A DNA stretch of 64,000 bases from Octopus vulgaris (lineage: Eukaryota), in assembly GCA_951406725.2 (NCBI GenBank), contig OX597834.1, forward strand, positions 33,294,001-33,358,000, given 5' to 3'. Both the position numbers and the translations under genes were made by a program. This document shows, one piece after another, positions 28,317 through 40,498 of this stretch (within the stretch, counting starts at the first letter, position 1; the number at the start of each line of letters is the position of its first letter). Under the pieces are notes generated by a model that did no database searches, was not told where the DNA came from, and saw nothing but the letters and a program-made list of their open reading frames with translations.

Positions 28317-28899
28317 TTAAGAGAAAAATTGGGTATATGAGGCATCAGATATAGAGTGCAAGAGAGAAGATTGCACTGGTATGGACATGTGATGTGTATG
28401 GATGAGGACAGCTGAATAAAGACGTTTTCATCTCTAATTGTGGATGGAACGCATGGACAATGTGGGACAAAGCAGTGAGAAAGGATCTTCAGATTTTGGG
28501 CCTCACCGAAGAGATGACAAGGGATCAAGACTTCTGGCAGTTTGCTGTGCTTCAGAAGACATGTGAAGCTAAGTAAAAGTATGGCTGTCCATACATACAG
28601 GCAGGTCCTATACGTCCCTCTCTCAACTAAGAGGTCCTAGCTTTGTGGGCTCATGGGTAGGGGTGCCATGTACAAGCATCCATGCTGGTGCCACGTAGAA
28701 GCATTCATGCCAGTGCCATGTAAAAGCACTCGGTACACTCTATAAAGTGACCGGTGTGAGGAAGGGTGTCCAGCTGTAGCAACCATCCATGCCAAAACAG
28801 AGAAAGTGGAGCCCGAGCAACTCTCCAGGTGACCACCTTCTGTCAAACTGTCCAAACCATACCAGAATGGAAAACAGATGTTAAATGATGATGATGATG
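28317..28899 (+). mobile_element. RTE-clade LINE 3' end (ORF2 C-terminus, 3'UTR, (GAT)n tail)
   Basis: LREKLGI..RVQERRLHWYGHVMCMDED...WDKAVRKDLQILGLTEEM, followed by a UTR ending ..aaacagatgttaaa(tga)n. The same 3'UTR recurs many times (e.g. 1-100, 5048-5370, 16140-16660, 33463-33670, 44800-45140, 45420-45620, 47100-47470, 49000-49320, 56445-56650). Confidence 0.85.
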
Positions 28900-31800
28900 T
28901 ATCTGTAAGGTTCTTTCCCTTCTGTTCTTACCACCTCCTGGCCAGTAGTTTTCAAATCTAATAAATTATATAAACTATTTATTAGAGAGAAAGAGAGTAC
29001 ACAAGAACTTGGCCCCACCTGGGAGCTGCCCTTGCACCACAGCAGCATCCTATGCAGAGAGAGAAAGAGTAAGTTAGGAACTCAAAGAGCCAATACTTTC
29101 CCCTCACTCTTCACTCTCCACCATTACTTCCTCCCTCATTCTTCACTGTTATAATAATATTTTCCCACTCCCACCACTACTCCTGATCTATTTATCCCTA
29201 CAACACCAAACTGACATCTCTCTCCCTTTTTGCTCCCCCTGACAACGGGGGTGGGGGTGGCAGCAACAAGGTAGAGTTCTGCCCACAGAAATATTAGAAC
29301 TCTCTTCTTTCTCCCTGCATGAAGTTGTTTTTTTCTTTTGGGGTTTCTTCTCTCTCCACTCTCTGTATCACTCACACATTAGATGCCAGAAAACAGCGCC
29401 AAGTGTCAATCTATACAGAACATTTCTTCCCATTCAGCAATGGGTTATCTGGAGATCTCAAAAGAAAAACAAAACAAAAAAAATTACAAAGTACGATGTA
29501 ATAAAAAAAAATAGCTGAAAAAAGCACCAGTGCAAAGGTTATCAGGTGTTCTACCAAAATAAACAAAAAAAAAAATCGCGGTCAAAACTGTGACTGCTCT
29601 CTCCATCCCACCCCATCCTGGGTTCCCTCCCCATCTGTGTGCTATCTCTAAAATCTGTTCATGATGACTTCTCAGTGAAGCCCAACCCTGTATCAGTTGG
29701 AATGCATGAAGTCTCTCTCACATGCACACACACACACACACACACAATTTGTATCAGACATGTACAACACAAACTCTTGTGCCACATACTCACGCACATG
29801 CTTGTAATATATATACATATACACACACCTGTAACATTAACAAACACACATTTGTATGGTACATATACAAGAATTTGTGACACACATATACCCACACAAA
29901 CACACACACATTTGTGTCATATATACATACACAATATAAACACACACACATTTGTGTCATATATATATATATTATATATATACATATATATATACACACA
30001 CTTAATATAAACACACACACACATTTTCAGTACACAAACATCTGGATCACAACCACACCCGTATACATCATTTTTGTTTTGTTTACTTACATACACGAAA
30101 ACACACATACACACACACACACACCATATTGCTCAAGATACCAAACAAATTTGTCCAATTTTACACACACGCACAGACACAGACATGCACACACACACAT
30201 ACACACAGAGACTGTATCACATAACACAAGACACATTTGGACAACTTTACACATACGCAAACATGCACTTTTACACACACACACACACAAACATACTCAC
30301 CATATCACATAACATAGGAGACACAATCTGCTATGTAATCATCTCTACAACAACAACCATCCCATTACTGCAGCTACCAATACCACCATGACCACCACCA
30401 CCACTACCACATCACCAACCACTAGAAGGAGTTGGCTTAAAATAGTAGCAACAATTGCTTTCAATTCATACTTGGTAGTCTTAAAAAAGAAACCAAATGA
30501 AGAAAAATGTGGCCACAGACATAAATAAAGACAAGATGGTCATGTTTGGAATGCCTTTATTTATTTATAAATCTGTTTTTATCAAGGCTGAGCTAGCGCT
30601 AAAACTTCATCAACACAATCCTTTAATGACTAGTGTACGGTACGTGGTACTTTGTTAGGCAACTATAATTTGTTACAAAGTATATCAAACGTTTTGAGAA
30701 GTCAATAAATGTTCTCTAAGTCAACAGAGTTTGCCTTTTTTTGTTCCCATTAATATCTCTATTGAAATATAGAGAGCCCTTGTTTCAAGTAATTTCGAAA
30801 ACAATGAAGAATTTGGTAAAATAACATTGTAATTACTAAAACTAGTTTTTTTACAACTGCAAAGATGACATACCTTCATCTATTCCAGGTGTGTTTTTGG
30901 TTGATTGATTAACAAGCTAAATGCTAACAAATTGAGTAACAATAACATAAGAAGTGAAATATAATCAGTGCATGTGTTTATTATTGACATAATGACCCTC
31001 CTGACATACAACAAAATCTGTTTCAACACATGAATTCACATCAAGGGTCTTGTAAACCAATTACAAAAACAAAAAAAATCTATTTAGTCTTCTCACTAAT
31101 AAACAGAAGGAGGCAAGGCCCAAAAATTCACAGGTGTGGCTGTGTGGCAAGAAGCTTGCTTCTCAACCACATGGTTCCAGGTTCAATCCCACTGCATAGC
31201 ACCTTGGGCAAGTGTCATCTACTATAGCCCTGGGATGATCCTCTGTGAGTGGATTTCATAGGTGGAAACTGAAAGAATCCCATCATGTGTGTGTCTTTAT
31301 GTATGTGTTTGCCCCCATCACTGCTTGACAAACGGTGTTGGTTTGATTACATCCTCGTAGATTATTTTGACAAAAGCAACTAATGAAAGTACCAGGCTTA
31401 AAACTATTGCATTCTGGGGTCAATTTGCTCAGCTAAACCCTTCAAGGCAGTGCCCCCTGCATGGCCGCAGCCCAGTGACAGAAACAAGTGAAAAATAAAA
31501 AGATTCTATTTTGTGAGGGCTGGGATGCTGCTATTTCTCTGTCTGCAAGAACCACTGACTTTCAGCTACCACCACCACCACCACCACCACCAACCAAATC
31601 TTCCAAAATGAGGTTTTCACTTCAACCCTCTTGACAGTTACCATTGATGAATCATCAGAGAAACTCGACACTTCCCTCACCCACATAGGCATAATCCCCA
31701 CCACCACCACCACCATCCGACACAGCTACCCAAATTATGGGTAAGGAAGGAGTGAGATGCCCCACCCCCACCAGTCTGCTTGTGTGCATGCATCTGCATA

Positions 31801-32444
31801 GATGCGCACACACACACACACACACACGCACTCTATGGCATATGCTTGGGAAGCAGGCAGGCATATATACGTGCACACACACACACATACATACACAGTT
31901 GCATAAACCCAATCATGGCATGGTTGCGTGGTTAAGAAGTTTGGTTCCCAACCAGTCACTTTCAGGTTCAGTTCCACTGCGTGGCACCTTAGGCAAGTCT
32001 CTCCTACTCCAGCCCCAGGCCAACCAAAGCCTTAAGAGTGGATTTAGTGGATAAAAACTGGAAAAAAAAAATCACCATGTGTGTTTATTATTCTTTTATT
32101 CTTCTACTTGCTTCAGTCATTTGGCTGTGGCCATGCTGGAACAATGCCTTAAAGGGTTTTAGTCGAAGAAATTGACCCCCCACTCCACCCCAGGACTTAT
32201 TCTTTGTAAGCTTAGTACTTATTCTATCATTCTCTTTTGCCAAACCGCTAAGTTACAGAGACGTAAACACATCAGCATGAATAGTAAAGTGATGGCAGGG
32301 GAACAAACACAGATACAAAGACATAAATATATGAACAGGCTTCTTTCAGTTTCCATCTACCAAATACATTTACAAGATTTTGGTCAGCCCAAACCTTTAG
32401 AAGAGTTGCCATACAATGAGACTGAACCCAAAACCATGTGGTTC

Positions 32445-32597
32445 TATATTTAAGAGATGAGGAATTATTTACATTTGACAGATATTTGTCCTCATTTTTG
32501 TTGTTAACATGTTTTGGCTGATATGCCCTCCAGCCTTCATCAGGTGTCCAGGGAAATTTCGAACCTGGGTTTGCATTCCTAAGGTATTTTTTGATGA

Positions 32598-32644
<47 letters not shown>

Positions 32645-32782
32645 TCACTGCCTGGAATCAAACTCAGAATCTTGGAGTTAGTAACCCGCACTCTTAACCA
32701 CTACGCCATATGCCTGTGAGCAATTATGGAGTGAATTTTTAGGGCTTATAAATCTAATATTTTCCTATTCTTCCTTAATATA
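32445..32782 (-). mobile_element. tRNA-headed SINE-like element with (AAT)n spacer and decayed hammerhead
   Basis: Minus strand: A box TGGCGTAGTGG (32708-32698), B box GAGTTTGATTCC (32665-32654), (AAT)n 32599-32640, then GACAC-CTGATGA-A-GGCTG gagggcatat CAGCC-AAAAC (32548-32511). Flanked by GGTTC direct repeats and short inverted termini. Confidence 0.65.
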
Positions 32783-33798
32783 GGTTCCCATATTACTGAT
32801 ATCGGCACTTGGTCTGCTTAGGAGGTTGTTGTATGCAGGTTTGTGCCAGTTTGCCTTGATATTGCATGATTGTTGTAAACGAATGTCATTCTTCTCCAAT
32901 GTTCCACAAAAATAGCATGAGGAACTGTTACCTTGCTTGGAAATAGGTTAAGAATTGGCAACTGGAAGGGAAGGCAGCTGTAGAAAATCTGCCTTAACAA
33001 ACTCCGTCCAACTCATGCAAGCATAGAAAAGTGGATATTAAGATAATGCTATATATGTATGTATAGATAGACAGATAAATAGATATACTACCAGCTCATA
33101 CTTCATTGGCCTGGAGCCACAGAAGACACTTGCACAAAGTATCACACAGTGAGACTGAACCGGAAACCATGTGGGTGAGAAACAAACTTCTTAACCTAAA
33201 ATGGAAGCAGACACCTTTCTCCGTGTGATCAGCTTGAAAAATTGTTAAGACACTAGGATATTTTTCTCTTTTCTTTACGTGAAACCAATGGTAGCCTTAA
33301 TTCACAAATAAAGAAATTATATCCACCAATGCAGTGTTGAGCACTCATTTTCATCATTCGACATTTATATATGTAGGTATGTATATATATGGATATAAAT
33401 GTAGGTATGTATATATATGGATATAAATGTATGTATAGGCATTTGTATGCCTATAAATATGCATCATCATCATTTAGCGTCCGCTTTCCATGCTGGCATG
33501 GGTTGGACGGTTCAACCAGGCCCAGTCTGATCTGGCAATGTTTCTACGGCTGGATGCCCTTCCTAACGCCAACCACTCCATGAGTGTAGTGGGTGCTTTT
33601 TACGTGCCACCGGCACAGGTGCCAGACTAGGCTGGTAAACGGCCACGATCGGATGGTGTATTTTATGTGCCACACACACACGTGTGTGTGTACAGCTATA
33701 GACATACATATGTATAAATCATGAATCCATGCACATGTATATATTTACACCTAGCATGTGTCAGTGTGTGTGCATGTGTGTGTATATACAGATATGCA

Positions 33799-33980
33799 CA
33801 CGAGGGGGGGGTGCTGCAAAGTTCCTGGCTTTAAGGGCATCATGAAAGGCCTAGTTGGAGACCCTCAATGTTCTGAGTTCACTTACAGGGCTTCGAAAAA
33901 CTGAAGGACCGCTGCAATAAGTGTGTTGAATAAAATCTTAATTACCCAAAGCCAGGAACTTTTCAGCACCCCCCCTCATA
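33799..33980. mobile_element. mariner-derived MITE
   Basis: TIRs ACGAGGGGG..GTGCTGCAAAGTTCCTGGCTTT / AAAGCCAGGAACTTTTCAGCACCCCCC. A second copy, truncated on the right, lies at about 47935-48136. Confidence 0.8.
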
Positions 33981-35474
33981 TATGTTCGCACGCACGCACA
34001 CACACACACACACACACGCAATCGTGTGCATGCATGTACATGCACAAGTTTTCACAATACATGTAAACAGGTGTACATTTTAAAGGCGTATATCTATGTA
34101 GAAATGATGCATATATTGTTAATGTGGACGCAGACCGTTTATGTGTGCGTATGCGGAGCACCAGTCACCCACTCGCATTATATAATTGCATTCAGGTGCA
34201 CACACACACACACACACACACTATTTCTAACACCACTGCCACCACCACAAAAGTTTTTGAAAACTTAATTATTAGATCAAGGTGTTAGAATTACAGATAA
34301 TTATCACCTACTAAGATAATTATCCCTATTATTATTATTATTAATAGTAGTAGTATTGTTGTTGTTATCATTATTATCGTTTATTTTTATAAGATAAGGG
34401 AGGCTAATAGTGGGGCTCAAGTTTACAACAGCACCAACAACACTGCCACCGTCTCCACCACTACCGCACCAGCAAGCAACCACCACCACCACCACCACCA
34501 CCACCAAGACTATAAATATTAAACCACCGCCCCCACACATACGGAGAAGCAGGTGGTAGAGATATCCAGCTTATGCAAATCAACAACCACCACCTCAACA
34601 ATGCTGCTACTGCTACTACTACTACTACCATTAATATTACTAATACCACCACCACCCCAACAATGCTCTAACTAGTACTACCACCACCCACCCCAACAAT
34701 GCTGCTGCTACTACTGTTACTACCACCCCCACCAATGTTACTACTACCACCATCACACAGACAGCAGTGCTCACCTCCACCACCACCACTACTACCACAA
34801 CAACAACAAGCAGGTGATAAGTGTATTAACCGTTTTATTACAAGTCCACAGGAACAACAACAAAAATGGCTAATAAGATGCAGACCAATGGTCAGCTGTC
34901 ACCACAATACCACAAGAGGGTTACTCTAAATTGAGGGCTCAAGCAATTTTTGGGGTGAAGCAGTGTGGGTTATTTCAGAATGGGGTTGTAAGGAACTAAC
35001 AACCAAAGTCCTACTTCTTTTATCATTATATTTTACATGTTTCTGTCATTGGACAGTGGCCATGCTGGAGCATGGCTGTGTGGTAAGAAGTGGCAAGCTG
35101 GCAGAAATGTTAGCACACCAGGCAAAATGCTTAGCGGTATTTCGTCTGCCGCCACATTCTGAGTTCAAATTCCGCCAAGGTCGACTTTGCCTTTCATCCT
35201 TTCGGGGTCGATTAAATAAAGTACCAGTTACGTACTGGGGTCAATATAATCGACTTAATCCATTTGTCTGATTAATAATTCAAAACAATGCAAATAAATA
35301 AGCATTAAAGTTGACAAAATAATCTAAATGCTGAGAGCTTAAGCTGGTTATAGCAAACTAAAATAGTCCACCTGTTTTATGTTCAAACTGGCCAGATTCA
35401 GCCTCTCACACCTACCCTACATTGTCAGTCTAAAAATATACAATCACATCATTAAAATCTCAAATTATTATTAA

Positions 35475-35695
35475 CCCTTTTGTTACCATATTTCTGTTGA
35501 GATGCTCTTTGTTTCTTTCAATTAATTTTAAATATAACAAAGAATTTAGTAAAATAATTTAGTTGTCATTAAGCTGGTGTTAGGAACATAAATTGTGACT
35601 AAGGTTTGGTGGAAGATTTTAATTCAGAACTTTTGAGAACAAGACATTTGTACTCAGTGCCAGAGCTGGTTCCAGCTGGGTTGGTAATGAAAGGA
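35475..35695. mobile_element. piggyBac-type MITE (family P1)
   Basis: TTAA TSDs, CCCTTT left end, body homologous to 13926-14139. Confidence 0.8.
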
Positions 35696-38600
35696 TTAAG
35701 GCAGTGAGCTGGGTGAAATGCTTAGCGGTATTTCATCTGTCGGTGGGGTGGCAGAAACGTTAACACGCCGCGCAAAATGCTTAGCGGTATTTCGTCTGCC
35801 GCTACGTTCTGAGTTCAAATTCCACCGAGGTCGACTTTGCCTGTCATGCTTTCGGGGTTGATTAAATAAGTACCAGTTACGCACTGGAGTTGATATAATC
35901 AACTTAATCCGTTTGTCTGTCCTTGTTTGTCCCTTCTGTGTTTAGCCCCTTGTGGGTAATAAAGAAATAGGTATTTGATCTGGCTTTACATTCTGAGTTC
36001 CAATTCCATGGTTGACTTTGCCTCTCATCCTTTCACACATGACAGGGGCTTCTTTCAGTTTCCATCTACCAAATCCACTCACAAGGCTTTGGTCGGTCTG
36101 AGGCTATAGAAGAAGACACTTGCCCAAGGTGCCACACTGTGGAACTGAACCCAGAACCATGTGGTTTGTAAGCAAGCTACTTACCACACAGCCACAGCTG
36201 GCGGTGAAACATGGACACTGACCAAAGAAATCTCAAAGCTGTGGAATAATGTTATGATTAATTCAAAACAAAAGGGAATGAATAAGCTTTTCATTTGACT
36301 GAGTAAGACCTGCAACAACAACAACAATAGCTGCTGCTGCTGCTGCAGCCACTACTGCTGCATAACAAAAAAGAATAGCAGCAACAAAAATCTAAGAAGA
36401 GAAGAAAAAATGTTTGCCTGCCCCACACCCACCACCACTCAACAACAAAACAAAACCAAAAGAGAGGGGGCTGAGGTAGTGTAGGAGGAGAGTAGGGTTT
36501 GAAGGGTGAGATAAAGTAGGTTTATTGTTGAAGTGGAGATTGCATGAGGTGGGAGGGGAGGGGGGGGGCTTAGAGAGATGCAGGTGAAGAGGATGAAGGG
36601 CAAGCATCCTCCCTGCCTCCACTCCACTCCGCCACCATCACTCAAGGATTACATAAGTTCCCTTTCATATACAAATGTGTGTCATGTGTGTTTATCGTTT
36701 TGATGGTTTCCGTCATTTGACTGTGGCCATGCTGGGGCATTCTCTTGTAGGGCTTTAGTTAATCAGATTCATCTCCGGTATTTCTTGTTTTTTTTTTCGT
36801 TTTTTTTAAAGTTTGGTATCTATTCTCTTTGTCCTTTTTTATTTTGTTGTTATTATTACAGGGGTATAAAGAAATTAATACTGGTTGTTGTCAAGCAACG
36901 AAAGACAAACAACAAAGATACACACACATACACATATACCAAACAGGCTTCTGCACAGTTTCCATCCATCAACACGACTCACAAAGCAGTGAACAGCTCA
37001 GGGCTAGAGAAGACACTTGCTCAAGATGCCATGTAGTGGGACTGAACCCAAAATCCCACAGGATTGCAAAGTAGTTTTCTTAACCACACTGCCATGCCTG
37101 TGCCTGTATCTCAATTTCTAATTTTTCTTTCTTTGTACAGATCATCATCATTATCATTATCAAAGGAGGCAAGCTGGCAGAATCGTCAGCATGCCAGGCA
37201 AAATGCTTAGCGGCATTTCGTCCGTCTGCACATTCTGAGTTCAAATTCTGCTGAGGTTAACTTTGTGTTTCATTCTTTGAGGGTTGATGAAATAAGTACC
37301 AGTTATACACTGGGGTCGATGTAATTGACTAGACCCCTTCCCCTAAAATCTCAGGCCTTGTGCCTTTAGTAGAAAGGATTATTATCATTATTATAAAGGC
37401 AATGAGCTGGCAAAATAATTAGCATGTTTGATGAAATACTTAGCAGCTTCTCGTCCATCTTTATGTTCTGAGTTCAAATTCTACCAAAGCAGACTTTGCC
37501 TTTCATTCTTTCAGGGTCAATAGAATAGGTACCAGTTAACAACTGGGGAAAAGGGGTCAATGTAATCGACTAGCTCCCTCCCCACAGAATTTCAAACCTT
37601 GTGCCTATAACAGAGAGAGTGAGTGTTTGTCTAGCACTTATTTTATCAACCCCAAAACAATGAACGGAAAAGTGACCTTGGCAGGACTTGAAATTGTTCT
37701 CTAAATATTAGTTTCGAATTTCGGCACAAGGCCAGCAATTTTGGGACAGATGGTAACTCAGTTACATCAACCCCAGTTCACAACTGGTACTTATTTTATC
37801 AACCCTGAAAAGATGAAAGGCAAATCTGACCTTGACAGAATTTGAAACTGTCCTTCTTAAACATTATTGTCCCTTCGTTATTGTTGATCTCAAAAAAATC
37901 ATCATCACCACCATCATCATCATCATCTTGATCGTGTGTTTTGTTTTCCGAGATCTCTTTTATTTAACAAAGATAATCACCACAAGTCACCCATCCACCC
38001 ACTGCAGTTATCACAAGACACGACCCGAGGCTAATTCTCTGCGTATATAAAACTATGTGCACGTCTGCAGTCGGGTGCTTTGTCTCTGTTTGTGTGCGTG
38101 TACGACGGTCTGTACCTATTAGTCTAAACGTATGCGTATGCATGCCTATGTGCACACACGTGCACATGTGTGTGAGAGTGAGGTGGGGTGTGCCTGCAAG
38201 GACATGCTTACAGTTTTAGTTACTTTGTACACTTCCTGCTGGGCCCCACCCCCCACCCACCACTACCACCACCTTGCCATGAATAACTTATTCTAATTAA
38301 TACATTAATTAGTTGGCATGGCAACAAAAATGACTGAGTGAATAAAGTAAAGATACTAGAAAAACCAACCAAAAGATAATGGTTTGTACCCTGTCTCTCC
38401 CACCACACACACAATATGTACGTGTATATTTTATTATTTTTATTATTATTATTCAGCAGAAGTTAGAATGACTCAAGGGCCAACAATAATAAAAGCATAC
38501 ATATATACTCTTTTATTTGTTTCAGTCATATATAAATACACACACGACAGCTTCCATTCTGCAGACTGACTCACAAGGTACCAGTCAGCCTGGGGCTACT

Positions 38601-38717
38601 ACATACAGCCCATAATTAGAAGACACTTGCCCCAAGGTGCCACATGGTGGGACTGAACCCAAAGCCATTTGGTTTTAACATGAGCTTCTTAACCACACAG
38701 CCATGCTTGTGTCTAAC

Positions 38718-38888
38718 CACTAGCATGCTTGGGCAGTGGGGGTGGGAGAATCCCAGGCAGCACTTTTAAAGGGGTCTGTTGTAGGCAATATTTTTTTTGT
38801 GGGGGTCGGGGCCAGCAGATGGAAGGACCACTGGGAGTGGCAAATGAAAGGGCTGCCCCAGGTGGCACACACTCTAGCTATGCTAGTG
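38718..38888. mobile_element. hAT-type MITE
   Basis: Termini CACTAGCAT / ATGCTAGTG. Degenerate 8-bp TSD tgtctaac / tgcctaaa. Confidence 0.55.
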
Positions 38889-40214
38889 TGCCTAAAACTC
38901 TCCATTATTTTCAAAATTAATTTAAAACAAAGACATTGTGTTTCAATGTGGAAATACGGTAAGCAAAAGATTAAAGACATGCAGATGGAATGAATTATCA
39001 TGAAATGTAGGTCCCTTTTTTCTCATCTGAATCTGTTCGCTATTGACAAACGGATGAGAAGCATTTCAAAACCCTGACAATTCCCAAATTCCATTTCCAG
39101 TGAACAACAGCAGGAAATACAGACAGGAGATGACAAAAATGTGTTGTATGCCATGTGTGTGGTGTGTGAGTCTGTAGATGTGTGTGTGTGAAGTCTGTAG
39201 GTGTGTGTGTGTGGTGTGTGAGTCTGTAGGTGTGTGTGTGGTGTATGAGTCTGTAGGTGTGTGTGTGTGGTGTGAGTCTGTAGATGTGTGTGTGAGTGTG
39301 TACAAGTGTCTGTGTGCATATGTGGCACATGTATATGTATGTGTGTGCCTCTATGTGTGTCTGTATGTATGTATGTTTGCTGCCACACTGCTATTTGTTG
39401 TACAGGTGGAGTGGTGTCGAAGAAAAGGGGAAACAAAAGGTGAAAGATGATGATGTTGATGATGATGATCATAAAGGTGATGATGGTAATGATGATCATA
39501 AAGATGATGATGATGCTGTTGATTATGACCCCAAAAAACAGAAAAGACTGAAAGAAGAATCTAGAGAAAAATTATTTTAATCTCTAAACTGAAGAATGTT
39601 TTTCTTTATTTTTTTTAAAAAACACAAACAACTAAATAATTAAGCAAATAACAAAAGAAGGAAATTAGTTTTTCTCATTAATATAACCTCTCCCCAACAC
39701 ACACACACACCCATACATCCACATGCACACATACCCATACTATCATACATCATATCTTATTATGATTGTATTACAGGAATGAAAGACAAAAGATAGCTGG
39801 GATTAATTGTTTAATCTCTGGTATAAAGGAAGCGGAAAAAGATTGTGAACGGAAAAACATCACCATCATCATCATTATTATAATTCTAGCTTTTCCTGCC
39901 TGCATGAATTTGTTGAGGCTGATAATTCTGCAGCTGGATGCCCTTCCTGTTGCCAACCCTCACCTATTTCCATGCAAGGTAGTACTTCCACATACAACAG
40001 TGAAAATTCATCTTACAACCATCACCCAGAGTCAAGACAAGACACAAATCCACACACATACACACACACACATATATGTATGTATATATGTAATATGGGG
40101 TTCTTTGAATTTCTGTCTACCAAATCTACTCACAGGATTTGAGTCAGCCCAGGGTTATAGTAGAAGACACAGACACTTGCCTAAGGTGCCACACAGTGGG
40201 ACTGAACCAGGTCC

Positions 40215-40498
40215 ATGGAGTCAAAACAAAAAACTTCAACTCCGACTCCTCTACTGTTGGCACCTCTTGACTCCGACTCCTCTTTATGTAATTAAGTGAT
40301 TGTGGTCTGCATATCTCATAAAGCTTATGCATACGCTTGTACTTTGAGTCAGCCTATATCTTATGACTGGTTTATATGAAACAAGAAAGACACTGTGAGA
40401 CGGAATCAGAGTCGATATAGTTTCACCGACTCCAAATCCAGCTACTACTCTTTAATTGTTTCTGACTCCAACTCCATGACTCTGACTTCACAGCCCTG
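40215..40498. mobile_element. MITE remnant with GACTCC subterminal repeats
   Basis: Multiple GACTCC/GGAGTC motifs and a CAGCCCTG right end. It interrupts an S1 SINE copy. Confidence 0.5.

Noticed and set aside
33278-33300. GAAACCAATGGTA, resembling a hammerhead 3' half
   Set aside because: No CUGANGA-type core or stem II found upstream.
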